64,000 nt of DNA from Bacteroidia bacterium (GTDB lineage: Bacteria > Bacteroidota > Bacteroidia > NS11-12g > UBA9320), in contig CBDCFW010000005.1 of assembly GCA_965216465.1 (NCBI GenBank), forward strand, positions 480,001 through 544,000, read 5' to 3'. Positions 49,303-59,623 of this stretch are shown here, piece by piece (the first letter of the stretch is position 1; each line of letters opens with the position of its first letter). The position numbers and the translations under genes are program-made. Under the pieces are notes generated by a model, which was given only the letters and a program-made list of their open reading frames with translations, made no database searches and was not told the origin of the DNA.

Positions 49303-50251
49303 CAATACTATTTTGAATTTGAATGAGCACAATTTTAACGCGATTGCTCTCCAGTTATTTCAATTTCAGGCTAAAAATAATGCTGTTTATAGTGAATACA
49401 TACAATTAATTGACAAACAACCCGATAAAGTTGAGCATTTCACTGATATTCCCTTCCTTCCTATATCTTTTTTTAAGACGCATAAAGTCGTTTCTAGCAC
49501 ATTTGAAGCTGAAACCATTTTTGAGTCAAGTAGTACAACTGGAACAGGCACGAGCAAGCATTTAGTTCGTCACCTGTCTGACTATCATGCTACGGCAAAG
49601 AAGATAATTGAATCTTTAGTGGGCCAGCTAAACAAGTATGAGATATTAGGTCTTTTACCGAACTATTTAGAAAGAGGAAACTCTTCGCTAGTAAACATGG
49701 TAAAGGCTTTTATGGATATGAATAGTCAAGATGATTCATTTTATCTATATGAGCATGATGCCTTGAATACAAAACTTCTTGCCTCAGGTAACAAGATTCT
49801 GTTTGGAGTGAGCTTCGCTTTGCTTGATTTTGCCGAAAAATACAAGGTCAATTCGAAAGATCTAACCATCATCGAAACTGGCGGAATGAAAGGACGTAAA
49901 AAAGAACTCACGAAGTCTGAAGTGTATAGTGCCCTAAGAGCATCATTTCCTGAAGCACAAATCATATCGGAATATGGTATGACTGAACTAACAAGTCAGG
50001 CATACTCTAACGAGGAAGGCATATATACTTGTCCAAGTTGGATGAAAATTTTACCACGAACCGATAACGACCCACTCAAATTACAGGAATATGGAAAGAC
50101 TGCAGCACTGAATATTATCGACCTAGCAAATATTCATTCATGTGCCTTCATTGCTACTGATGATTTAGGAAAGGTATATAATGATGGCCGTTTCGAGGTG
50201 GTTGGGCGATTAGACCACGCTGATTTACGTGGATGCAGTTTGATGGTATGA
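49286..50251 (+). CDS. LuxE/PaaK-like acyl-protein synthetase / acyl transferase
   Basis: IPFLPISFFK, FESSSTTG, ETGGMKGR, SEYGMTEL, DDLG, RGCSL. Confidence 0.85.
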   Translation: MNLPDINTILNLNEHNFNAIALQLFQFQAKNNAVYSEYIQLIDKQPDKVEHFTDIPFLPISFFKTHKVVSSTFEAETIFESSSTTGTGTSKHLVRHLSDYHATAKKIIESLVGQLNKYEILGLLPNYLERGNSSLVNMVKAFMDMNSQDDSFYLYEHDALNTKLLASGNKILFGVSFALLDFAEKYKVNSKDLTIIETGGMKGRKKELTKSEVYSALRASFPEAQIISEYGMTELTSQAYSNEEGIYTCPSWMKILPRTDNDPLKLQEYGKTAALNIIDLANIHSCAFIATDDLGKVYNDGRFEVVGRLDHADLRGCSLMV

Positions 50252-50961
50252 CAACGACAGAATTACTCGAAAATATCGCACATAGACCTTTTGCTCTTCC
50301 CGAAGGCAAATGGAAGTTCTATCAAGAATGGAATCACGTCGTTTTTCTGCATTGGAAAGTTGATCCGCAAAAATTAAAAGACCACCTTCCCTCCTCTTTA
50401 GAAATTGATTTACATGATGGAGATGCATGGGTGAGTATTGTGGCATTTAGAATGGAAAAAGTACGTCCGAGAGGACTTCCTGAAGTTGAATTCATTTCCA
50501 ATTTTGATGAAATAAACATTAGAACCTATGTAAAATACAAAGGAAAGCCTGCAGTTCACTTCTTAAATATTGAAGCAGGGAAATGGCTTTCAACTATTCT
50601 TGCAGGTTCAATATCAGGACTTCCCTACACCAAATCTAAAATTCACTCAACATCATCAACCTATAAATCAACCAATGGTTTTGACTCTCTAGACTTATCC
50701 ATTATTCGAAGCGGTAACACCTTCGAAGCAGACAATCTTGATTTATGGTTGACCGAACGCTATGCTTTGGCCCAAGGTAAAGGCTCTCAAGTTACTTCAT
50801 ACGATATCCACCATGTTCAATGGCCATTAGAAGAAGTACAATTGGATCAATTTAGTTGTAACTATCCTAAATATAATGCGTTATTAAAAGGGAGGCCTCT
50901 TCGCACACACTATTCTTCGGGAGTTCAAGTATTGGCATGGCCCAAAATAAAAGTTAAGTAA
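50248..50961 (+). CDS. YqjF / DUF2071-family protein
   Basis: QEWNHVVFLHW, FDEINIRTYV, WLTERY, IHHVQWPL. Confidence 0.82.
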   Translation: MTTTELLENIAHRPFALPEGKWKFYQEWNHVVFLHWKVDPQKLKDHLPSSLEIDLHDGDAWVSIVAFRMEKVRPRGLPEVEFISNFDEINIRTYVKYKGKPAVHFLNIEAGKWLSTILAGSISGLPYTKSKIHSTSSTYKSTNGFDSLDLSIIRSGNTFEADNLDLWLTERYALAQGKGSQVTSYDIHHVQWPLEEVQLDQFSCNYPKYNALLKGRPLRTHYSSGVQVLAWPKIKVK

Positions 50962-51935
50962 TGATAGCAGTACATCGCACTCAGTATTGAGGACCTGAAG
51001 TTCTCAGTTTGAAAGAAAAAGAAATTCCAATCCCCGCTAAAAATGAGCTGTTGATTCGCATTCATGCTACGACAGTAAATCGAACTGATTGTGGTATTCT
51101 TTGGGCGAATCCTCCTTTGATCAGATTGTTCACCGGCTTGTTCAAACCGAAACATCAAACCCCTGGGACGGACTTCAGTGGGGTTGTGGAGCAAGTAGGA
51201 AGCGAGGTTGCAGATTTTAAACCGGGTGACCGAGTTTGGGGGCTATTCGATGAAGGTCTGCAATCTCAAGCAGAGTACATGACCATCTCTACAAAGAGAG
51301 CCATAGCAAGAATTCCGGATCATATTTCTTTTGAGTTGGCAGCAGCTTCTGGCGAAGGAGCTCACTATGCCTACAATATGATCATTAAAGCAGACCTCAA
51401 CAAGGTAAAAAGAGCATTGGTTTATGGAGCAACCGGGGCAATAGGATCTGCGGCCGTTCAGTTGCTACGGCACTTTAATATTCCTGTTACTGCCGTTGGA
51501 AATGAAAGGAATAGAGACATGGTAAATGGTCTTGGTGCTGAGAAGGTTTATGCCTACGACACAGAAGACTTCACACAAGATGAGCATCAATACGATTTAA
51601 TCTTGGATGCGGTTGGTAAGTCATCTTTTGACGTATGCAAACCGCTCTTAACCCCGACAGGCATATACATGTCGTCAGAACTTGGGCCAGGAGCTGAGAA
51701 CTTATACCTTCCATTAACCACGAAACTAAAAGGAAAAAAACGTGTAATCTTTCCTGTACCTAGCAATTGCAATCGAAGTGTTAAGCTCATTACTGAACTT
51801 TTAAATAATAATGAATTTAGGCCGGTAATAGACAAGATCTATTCTGCACAGCAAATCAAAGAGGCGTATGAATATGTGAATAGCGGACAGAAAACCGGAA
51901 ATGTGATTGTAAACTTTGCCGAAAAAACCAGTTAG
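50961..51935 (+). pseudogene. MDR-family NAD(P)-dependent oxidoreductase with in-frame TGA at codon 10 (pseudogene, readthrough, restart at TTG 51009, or sequence error)
   Basis: ATG 50961 reads MIAVHRTQY*GPEVLSLKE; rest intact: PGTDFSGVVE, YGATGAIG, DAVG, GQKTGNV. Confidence 0.7.
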
Positions 51936-53302
51936 GTTTCAACTTTGCTTACAGAAATAAGCTCGTAAGATCTTGGAATTGGATTAGCCAAGAAACCATT
52001 CATTATTCGCTTGATGTCGTTGTTGTTTTTATAAGGTTGTATGCAATCAATCATATCCTCAATTGAGAAATTCTGATCGCTGTCGATAAATCCAAATCCC
52101 TTGTAATCGCCCTGGTCGATATAGACTATTGATTTTTCTTGCTTCGTTCTACCCTGACCTACGATCAATAAACTTTCTTTAGCTTCCATCTCATCGCGAA
52201 CAGCAATAACTCGTGCATTATAATCTTCTATCGATTCTTCTTTATTACAAAGCTTACATTCATCTCCAAGGTAACAATTCGATTTGGTACGCTCAAGGCC
52301 AGTATGCTTAGGACATAGTTCGTTTTTCTCCACCAATTTGTACAAGAAATCTTTGGCCATAACCATCGAACTGAAGCTCATAATGCTATTGTTAGCGTAT
52401 TTTTTTAGAAATACATCTATACGAAGAACACCATCTTGGCCCTCATAATAACACACATGATAGTTTTGATGCTTAAATTTTTGTGCCTTGTTATACGGGG
52501 GAAAGTGTTTCTTAATCTCATCAGACTCTAATAAGAGCGCCACCAGTTCATTCCCCGTTTCAGTGCAGCTAACATGATGTATCCTTCGAAGAAGTTCAGA
52601 TTTTTTCCTTGACTTCTCGTTAAAGTGTGTGGTCATCCGTTGCTTAACATTCTTTGCCTTTCCAACATATAGCACTTCCATATTGGGGCCAAGCATGTAA
52701 TAAACACCCGGTTTTTCAGACAATTCTTCATACTCCTTTTTATCAAGATTAGGTGGAATAGTGGCTTCTCTATTCAGTTGATTAAGCGAGTATTCAACAA
52801 AGTTGTCTTTATCTCTTTGGTTAAGGATATGAAAAAGTTCAACGGTGGCCAATGCATCTCCCATGGCCCGATGTCTATTGGAGTTCGTTATGCCCAGATC
52901 TGCACTAATTTTTCCCAATGAGTAAGAATTGTGGCCAGGAATTATTCCTTTTGCTAAGCGCACAGTGCACAATTTCTTTTTATTAAACGCTACTCCAATA
53001 TCTTCAAAGTGGTTCTTTATTATTCCATAGTCGAAGCTAACATTATGAGCTACAAATACAGTATCATTAAGCTGTTGAGATATTTCATCTGCGACCTCTT
53101 CAAATCGAGGTGCATCTTCTACCATGCTGTTGGTTATTCCAGTAAGCAGTGTTATTGATTTTGGAATGAAAACCTCAGGATTAATCAAGGTCTCGTATTT
53201 GCTTAATATCTGCTCACCATCTGTTTTTACAATGGCAATTTCTGTAATTCTATTTCCATGAGAGCCTCCAGTGGTTTCAATATCTACAATAGAATAATTC
53301 AT
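51932..53302 (-). CDS. DEDDh 3'-5' exonuclease (DnaQ-like) fused to GIY-YIG (UvrC/Cho-like) nuclease
   Basis: VDIETTG, AHNVSFD, HRAMGDA; PGVYYM...LYVGKAKNVKQR. Confidence 0.92.
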   Translation of the reverse strand: MNYSIVDIETTGGSHGNRITEIAIVKTDGEQILSKYETLINPEVFIPKSITLLTGITNSMVEDAPRFEEVADEISQQLNDTVFVAHNVSFDYGIIKNHFEDIGVAFNKKKLCTVRLAKGIIPGHNSYSLGKISADLGITNSNRHRAMGDALATVELFHILNQRDKDNFVEYSLNQLNREATIPPNLDKKEYEELSEKPGVYYMLGPNMEVLYVGKAKNVKQRMTTHFNEKSRKKSELLRRIHHVSCTETGNELVALLLESDEIKKHFPPYNKAQKFKHQNYHVCYYEGQDGVLRIDVFLKKYANNSIMSFSSMVMAKDFLYKLVEKNELCPKHTGLERTKSNCYLGDECKLCNKEESIEDYNARVIAVRDEMEAKESLLIVGQGRTKQEKSIVYIDQGDYKGFGFIDSDQNFSIEDMIDCIQPYKNNNDIKRIMNGFLANPIPRSYELISVSKVET

Positions 53303-53341
53303 TTAGGCTCAGAGGGGGGGTTAGGGTTGAGTTGGCATAGA

Positions 53342-54307
53342 TTAAAAAAGTTTTTCAATTATTGAATCAGAAGAAACACCTTCTGCTTCAGCTTTGTAGT
53401 TGCGAACTACACGATGACGCAATACCATCTTAGCAACAGCTTGTACATCTTCAATATCTGGAGAGTACTTTCCATTAATTAATGCATTCGCTTTAGCTCC
53501 AATTATCAAGTATTGTGAAGCTCTTGGTCCTGCACCGTAATCGATGTATTGGTTTACGTGGTCGGTTGCAAGAGCTCTTCCTGCTCTTGTTTTACCTACC
53601 AAGTTTACTGCATATTCATACACATTATCTGCAACAGGTACCTTTTTAACTAGGTTCTGGAAGCCAACAATCTCTTCTTGAGTTAACACCTTGTTTACCG
53701 AAGCCATCTTGTTCGAAGTAGTTGCTTTTACAATGCTTATTTCTTCTTCTGTTGAAGGATAGTCTAACACCATATTGAACATAAATCTATCCAATTGTGC
53801 TTCTGGTAAAGGGTAGGTACCTTCTTGTTCAATTGGATTTTGAGTGGCAAGCACAAAGAAGGGTTGAGGCAGCTCATATTTTTCGCCTGAAACCGTAACT
53901 GTTTTTTCTTGCATTGCCTCAAGTAATGCCGCTTGAGTTTTGGGAGGCGTTCTGTTAATCTCGTCTGCAAGAACAATATTGGCAAAAACAGGACCTTTGT
54001 TAAATTTAAAGCTTCTGTTCTCGTCGAGTATTTCAGCACCGATAATATCGCTCGGCATTAAATCTGGAGTAAACTGAATTCGGTTGAAACTCATATCTAG
54101 AGCTTCGGAAATTGTTTTGATTAACAACGTTTTAGCCAAGCCTGGCACCCCTATAAGTAAGGCATGACCATTACTTATAATACTGGTAATTACGCCATTA
54201 ATTACATCGTGTTGGCCAATAATTACTTTACCAATTTCCTTTTTAAGTTCCTCAACTTTTAAACTTAATGCATCTGCAGCCTTCTTATCGTCGCTAAAAT
54301 CTATCAT
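53342..54307 (-). CDS. MoxR-family AAA+ ATPase
   Basis: GVPGLAKT, RIQFTPDLMPSDI, ADEINR, ATQNPIEQEGTYPLPEAQLDRF. Confidence 0.95.
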   Translation of the reverse strand: MIDFSDDKKAADALSLKVEELKKEIGKVIIGQHDVINGVITSIISNGHALLIGVPGLAKTLLIKTISEALDMSFNRIQFTPDLMPSDIIGAEILDENRSFKFNKGPVFANIVLADEINRTPPKTQAALLEAMQEKTVTVSGEKYELPQPFFVLATQNPIEQEGTYPLPEAQLDRFMFNMVLDYPSTEEEISIVKATTSNKMASVNKVLTQEEIVGFQNLVKKVPVADNVYEYAVNLVGKTRAGRALATDHVNQYIDYGAGPRASQYLIIGAKANALINGKYSPDIEDVQAVAKMVLRHRVVRNYKAEAEGVSSDSIIEKLF

Positions 54308-54308
54308 G

Positions 54309-55658
54309 TCAATTACTCAATCCTTTCCAAGCTTTTAATTCGTTACAATTCTTGTATTTATCATCTATCCAGACATAAACACCCGATTTATAAGATTCAA
54401 CCCATTCATTTATGGTTTCTTCTTGCTTTTGTTCTAACGCCAATTTTTGAATTTTCTGATAATCATCTTTCAAATTAGCTTTATGAGCTGGGTTTGAGTC
54501 TTTGTAATAAAAGAATCGATATGCAACAGAACCATCATAATTGATAAATTGTTCAGGCTTTGAGTATTGGCCAAGCGATAAGCTTGCTAATCGTTGAGCA
54601 ATTAATGGTTGCAGGTTTGTTACAGGCACTTGCTGTGAACCTGTTACTGGATCAGTGTAGTACCCACAGTTATCTTTTGTATAGGGGTCAGTACTGTAGG
54701 TCGATGCAACATGACATAAATTAATGCTATCTGACTCTAACCCATCAATAAGATCATTCATTTGGTTGATAAGCTTTAAATAGTCATTCTTAACGATTAG
54801 TGGTTTAATCAGAATGTGTCGAACATTCACCTTCTCCCCTTTTCTATCGATAAGCTGAAGAATGTGGTAACCAAATTCGGTCTCAATAATCTCTGAAATT
54901 GAATCTTTCTTCAATTTAAACGCCATTCTTTCGAATGCACTAACCATCTGACCACGAGAGAAATAACCAGTTTCCCCTCCATTAATAGCCGACCCTTTAT
55001 CGTCGCTTTGTGTTTTGGCTGCAAAATCAAACTTGTACAATCCTGAAACAATTTCTTCTCTAATTTTCTCAAGCTTCTCACGAGCATAATCTTTCGCATA
55101 CTGATTTGGTTTCGGAGACATCGTAACCTGTGCCAATTCTACTTCTTGTCCGAAGGTAGGCAGGCTATCTGTTGGCATATTATTAAAGAACTGACGTACT
55201 TCGGTTGGAGATACTTTAACACTAGTAATTAACCCTTGTTGGACCTGCTGAATAATCATTTGATCCTCAATCTTAGGCTTCATTAAGTCTTTGTACTCAG
55301 CAATTGATTTTCCGAGGTATTTCTCAAGTTTTTCTTCTCCACCAATTTGAGAGGCGTAGTGTTGTATTCTTCTATCAACTTCGGCATTAACACGATCTGC
55401 CGCAGCATAGGTACTGTCGAGATCACCTTTGTGCAGATACAATTTTTGAATAATTAATTGATTCAATATTTCGCACTTTAGGTCTCCATCGTAAAAGTCC
55501 ATTTCTGATTTAGCTTGTAGGTATTCTACTTCCAACTCAGATCTCATAATGATATTGTCTCCCACTACGGCTACAATTTCATCCAGAACTTTTCCATCGC
55601 TTTGTGCAATGGCCTGCATTCCTGCAAATAGGAATATGGCTAGTATAATCTTTTTCAA
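54309..55658 (-). CDS. SurA-like parvulin peptidyl-prolyl isomerase
   Basis: DEIVAVVG, SDDKGSAINGG, ETEFGYHI, RHILI. Confidence 0.9.
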   Translation of the reverse strand: MKKIILAIFLFAGMQAIAQSDGKVLDEIVAVVGDNIIMRSELEVEYLQAKSEMDFYDGDLKCEILNQLIIQKLYLHKGDLDSTYAAADRVNAEVDRRIQHYASQIGGEEKLEKYLGKSIAEYKDLMKPKIEDQMIIQQVQQGLITSVKVSPTEVRQFFNNMPTDSLPTFGQEVELAQVTMSPKPNQYAKDYAREKLEKIREEIVSGLYKFDFAAKTQSDDKGSAINGGETGYFSRGQMVSAFERMAFKLKKDSISEIIETEFGYHILQLIDRKGEKVNVRHILIKPLIVKNDYLKLINQMNDLIDGLESDSINLCHVASTYSTDPYTKDNCGYYTDPVTGSQQVPVTNLQPLIAQRLASLSLGQYSKPEQFINYDGSVAYRFFYYKDSNPAHKANLKDDYQKIQKLALEQKQEETINEWVESYKSGVYVWIDDKYKNCNELKAWKGLSN

Positions 55659-56491
55659 TGTACTCTTATTTTGTTATTGCTATACGCTTTTGTTATCAAT
55701 TTTGTTTCAATTGATTTGATAAGTGCTTGCTGACGTTTCATTAATAGAATCTTTCTAATGTTGTCTTTCTCTAACGAAAAAGGAGACGTATTGCTTCTTA
55801 TTTTGAAATCAATAATCTTAACAAAGTAAAGAAAGTCACCATCTTTTAGTTGAATAAACTTATTATTATTCAAATAATGTTCTTGATTGTAGGTGTTGAT
55901 TGGAACTTCTTTTAAAATATCATCGAAGAACACCCACGAGTTTTTATCGGTATAATAGTTCCCTCCTTCTTTTGACAACTCAATCAATTTTGCATTTACT
56001 GATTCGTCTCCAGCCTTAAAATTAGACCACAGCAGATCAATATCTTCGGAAGCCTCAGGAATTTTAAAGAAGTTAATCTTCAAAATATTTTGTGAAAGTT
56101 CAAATTCGCTGATATGTTGGTTATAGTATTCTTCAAGTTCGATGTTCGTAAAGCTCGTATCCATTTGTTGCATCGAGAGTTTGTTCAGAACATCATAAAT
56201 AAGCAAGTCGTTTTTGTATTCTTCAAGTTGTGCAGATTTGTCCTTTTCTTTCTCAGTAAGAACAGTGCTAGCCTCGTGTAAGAGCACCTGTTTTGCCAAC
56301 CAAACGTTTATGTATTCTTTCACTAAAAAAACGCTATCCTCAAAACTAATTCCTTCTCGGGTAATGTTTTCTAGTTCTTTATCGTACAGTTTCTCGCCAT
56401 AAGCTTCAGCCAGCACTTTGCCAGGATCTTCTTGTTTGCATGAAGAAACAAGAATTAGAATTGCTGATATAATGGGAAGAATCTTGAACAA
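55655..56491 (-). CDS. PPIase-cluster lipoprotein (SurA/PrsA-like N-domain)
   Basis: VSSC lipobox; VLAEAYGEKLY; sits between two PPIases. Confidence 0.75.
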   Translation of the reverse strand: MFKILPIISAILILVSSCKQEDPGKVLAEAYGEKLYDKELENITREGISFEDSVFLVKEYINVWLAKQVLLHEASTVLTEKEKDKSAQLEEYKNDLLIYDVLNKLSMQQMDTSFTNIELEEYYNQHISEFELSQNILKINFFKIPEASEDIDLLWSNFKAGDESVNAKLIELSKEGGNYYTDKNSWVFFDDILKEVPINTYNQEHYLNNNKFIQLKDGDFLYFVKIIDFKIRSNTSPFSLEKDNIRKILLMKRQQALIKSIETKLITKAYSNNKIRVH

Positions 56492-58450
56492 TTAGTATAG
56501 TCTCTTAACGTTGTCTTGGTAGATTTTAACAGGGAACTTAGTTCTTAACTCTTCAAGCCATAGTGCTTCCAAGTGATTTTGGTAATCTGATGTTGCTTGA
56601 CCCAGATTTTCTTCCATAGGTTTTAATGATGGAGCCAAAATTTCATTGATCTGAACAAATTTCACTCGGTCATTTTCACCAGAAAGGCTGTAAATTCCCT
56701 TCGCCCAATCAATATCAGCTAGCAGTTTATTAGAACCGCGCTCGTACTTTTTAGTTTCTGTACTCACTGCGAGTGCGTCTTTTTCGTTGCACTTTTTAAC
56801 AATTTCATAGGATGGCATTCCTTTCTTAGCAAGCTTCATTGCCTTCTTAGCGGTTTTTTCGTCTTTACAACTAAAGATAACAGCGTCTGCACGCTCTGCC
56901 CATAGGTAATTGGCTTGATTGTCAATATAAAATTGTGCAAGACCTGCACTATCATTTACTGCTTTGCTCCAAACTTCTTGATCAGTAAGTTCAAAGAGAA
57001 GTATACCGTCTTTGTACTCTTTCATGATGTGTTTGAAGTCTTGATATTTCAATTCAAGTATACTTTCTTCATAAGCCAAGTTCGAAACGTTGGTGTACTG
57101 CGTGTAGAATCCTTGCACTACTGCTTTGAGGTCTTGATTAATCATGCCCTGCTTACTTTCAAGATAATCATAGAAGTCGGCATCGGTATAGTCTTTGTCA
57201 CCAATGCGGAATAAAACAACTCCAGTTTCTTTAGGTCTTTCAAAGTTATTCTTCAATAAGCCTTCTGAAATCTTATTGATAACTGAATCTACACCGTGCA
57301 CTTCTGTATATCCATTTTCTTTTTTCACGCGCTTTACAACAACTTCTTTGTTAAGTTCGCTTCGGCTGTCGCGTTCAACTTTTCTTCGTAATCGATCTTT
57401 CGATTCTTCAAAAGTTGGGACAGGTTTAACTGACATGCGCTTGATGATGTGCCATCCAAACTTTGTTCTAAATGGTGTTGAATAGTCTCCGTCGTTTGCT
57501 AAGCTGAAAGCAATGTCTTTAAACTCCGGTGGTACATTATTAGTCGTTCGATTAAACCAATTGAGTTCTCCACCTCTGCTATTGGTGTTAAAATCTTCAG
57601 AAAACTCTTCAACCAATACATCCCACTGTTCACCTTCAACTAGTTTTTGGTAAACCGCATCAATTCTTCTTTTGGTGCTATCTACCTCTCCTTCGTTGTA
57701 AAATTTAATCATCAAGTGAGCTACCTTAACGTCGCCTAACGAGTTTCTTTTGTCTTTTAGGTAAATGATATGGTAGCCAAACTCAGTTCGAATAGGCATG
57801 CTTACATCACCAATCTTCATATTAAATGCAGCATTTTCAAAAGGGTAAATCATTTGAAACGCTGTGAAGTATCCAAGATTACCGTTGTTTACTCGAGCTG
57901 ATTGGTCGTCGGAAAATGAAGTAGCTAAATCTTCAAAGTCTTCGCCGTTTTCAAGAACACGCGTACGGTATCCCATCAATTTGTTATAAGCGATTAGTGT
58001 GTCGGTAGGAGATGCATCTGGGGCACATGCCGCCATAATGTGGCTTGCGTTTACTTCTATAATACTTCTGTCGTAGGCTTCTTTCACCAATCTATCCGTA
58101 ACACTTTTATCAGTTAAATATGGTTGTGCTAATTGATTTCTATAACCTGCAAGCTCACGAATAAAAGATGGAATTGTATCCATTTTGCGACTATAAGCTT
58201 CAGCAACTTTCAGTTTAAATTTCACATAGAGATCTAAATATTCTTCAATCTCTTCTTGGGTTGGAGCTGCGTCGTCGCGCTTATTCTTATTAAAGACACG
58301 CATGAACTCATCGCTGTTTACAGTTTGATCTCCGTAAGAAAATATTTTATATATTTCATCAGGAGATTCATTTACTTGAGTGTTTTGTGCAAATGCAGAA
58401 ACAACCAGAAAAAGAATACCTATCAAACCAAAAGCTCTAATTTTAATCAT
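56492..58450 (-). CDS. Multi-parvulin-domain peptidyl-prolyl isomerase
   Basis: ASHIM, GNLGYF, RTEFGYHII, AHLMI, RTKFGWHII. Confidence 0.9.
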   Translation of the reverse strand: MIKIRAFGLIGILFLVVSAFAQNTQVNESPDEIYKIFSYGDQTVNSDEFMRVFNKNKRDDAAPTQEEIEEYLDLYVKFKLKVAEAYSRKMDTIPSFIRELAGYRNQLAQPYLTDKSVTDRLVKEAYDRSIIEVNASHIMAACAPDASPTDTLIAYNKLMGYRTRVLENGEDFEDLATSFSDDQSARVNNGNLGYFTAFQMIYPFENAAFNMKIGDVSMPIRTEFGYHIIYLKDKRNSLGDVKVAHLMIKFYNEGEVDSTKRRIDAVYQKLVEGEQWDVLVEEFSEDFNTNSRGGELNWFNRTTNNVPPEFKDIAFSLANDGDYSTPFRTKFGWHIIKRMSVKPVPTFEESKDRLRRKVERDSRSELNKEVVVKRVKKENGYTEVHGVDSVINKISEGLLKNNFERPKETGVVLFRIGDKDYTDADFYDYLESKQGMINQDLKAVVQGFYTQYTNVSNLAYEESILELKYQDFKHIMKEYKDGILLFELTDQEVWSKAVNDSAGLAQFYIDNQANYLWAERADAVIFSCKDEKTAKKAMKLAKKGMPSYEIVKKCNEKDALAVSTETKKYERGSNKLLADIDWAKGIYSLSGENDRVKFVQINEILAPSLKPMEENLGQATSDYQNHLEALWLEELRTKFPVKIYQDNVKRLY

Positions 58451-58597
58451 AGTTTATTATTTCAAAATAAGTCGCGAATTTAATGATTTCTAGGCGACAG
58501 TTTTTATGCAAGACCTTATTTTAAACTGATTAATTGCCAAACTATTACATCCCTGATAGAAAGATTAATACATTTGATGGAAATTTAAACCCTTAAC

Positions 58598-59608
58598 ATG
58601 ACATTTAGAGGATCATACCTTCCTGATTTTCACGACCAAGCATTTGTAGAAGAAGTTATAAGCAAATGGAATACCGGAGCCAAATCGTTTACGTTAAAAA
58701 CTTCGGGTTCTACCGGTCCTCCGCGTGACATAGAGCTCGATCGTAAGTTATTGGTTTGGAGTTCAGAGCAAACCAAAAAGCGCCTCAAGCTTAATGAAGA
58801 ACATGTTTTTTGTTGCTTACCCGTTCAAAAAACAGGAGGATTTATGCAAGTGATTCGTGCCCTTTATTTTGGTTGGGACATTGCATTTGCACCTCCAAGC
58901 TTGAATCCGTTACAAGATGTCGATCCGAGTCTTTATACTGTTATATCCCTCACTCCTACTCAGCTTCAACACATCCTTGAAGAATGTCCAGACAAGCTAA
59001 TCGGGTTTCGTAATGTAATACTGGGTGGGGCTCATGTATTTAACGACTTGATTGAATTGATAGATGGGTTTAATGCAAAACATCCTAAAGTTACTATTTG
59101 GGAGTCTTATGGAATGACCGAAACGGCTAGTCATGTTGCACTAAAAAACCTAAGCACAAAAGAGTTATACTTTACACCTAACGATGATGTAGAAATCACC
59201 TCAATCAAAGGCCAGCTTGGAATTCGAATTCAGCCTTTTGATTTTTACTATGAAACAACCGACTTAGCAGTAATCACGAACAACAAATTTAAAATTTTAG
59301 GTCGGATGGATGACGTTATTAATAGTGCAGGAGTTAAGATTCATCCTACAGAAATTGAACCAAAAATTAGAGATATCCTCGCTGGATTAAGAATATTTCG
59401 CAAGCTATATTTAACGAAACGCAACGACCACGAATTGGGTGAAAAAGCGGTATTAGTGCTCGAAGGAGAGCCAATTCAGGACCATGAATTTATTTTAGAA
59501 CTGCTTAAACGTGAATTGCCGCCATACCAATCTCCAAAGGAGTTGCACTTCGTAGAAAATATCGTTTATACCAACACCGGAAAAGTGATGCGTAAAGCCG
59601 TAGATTAA
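58598..59608 (+). CDS. AMP-binding enzyme, short MenE-like (o-succinylbenzoate-CoA ligase-like)
   Basis: TSGSTGPP, SYGMTET, TTD, GRMDDVINSAGVK, TGK; TACATTTG promoter element at 58569-58576. Confidence 0.8.
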   Translation: MTFRGSYLPDFHDQAFVEEVISKWNTGAKSFTLKTSGSTGPPRDIELDRKLLVWSSEQTKKRLKLNEEHVFCCLPVQKTGGFMQVIRALYFGWDIAFAPPSLNPLQDVDPSLYTVISLTPTQLQHILEECPDKLIGFRNVILGGAHVFNDLIELIDGFNAKHPKVTIWESYGMTETASHVALKNLSTKELYFTPNDDVEITSIKGQLGIRIQPFDFYYETTDLAVITNNKFKILGRMDDVINSAGVKIHPTEIEPKIRDILAGLRIFRKLYLTKRNDHELGEKAVLVLEGEPIQDHEFILELLKRELPPYQSPKELHFVENIVYTNTGKVMRKAVD

Positions 59609-59623
59609 TCTACTTTTGCAGCC

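Noticed and set aside
49286-50251. LuxE-like gene as evidence of bioluminescence
   Set aside because: No luxAB/luxCD nearby; stand-alone LuxE-like acyl transferases are widespread in Bacteroidota.
50988-50990. Genome-wide UGA recoding (Gly/Trp) or selenocysteine as the explanation for the in-frame TGA
   Set aside because: Several genes here end at TGA at their expected C-termini (response regulator, acyl-CoA carboxylase, LuxE-like). The position corresponds to Gly rather than a catalytic Cys, and I see no convincing SECIS hairpin.
51932-54307. Nuclease plus AAA ATPase as a possible defence system
   Set aside because: DnaQ-GIY-YIG fusions are common repair proteins, and this MoxR belongs to the conserved PPIase-PPIase-MoxR housekeeping cluster.
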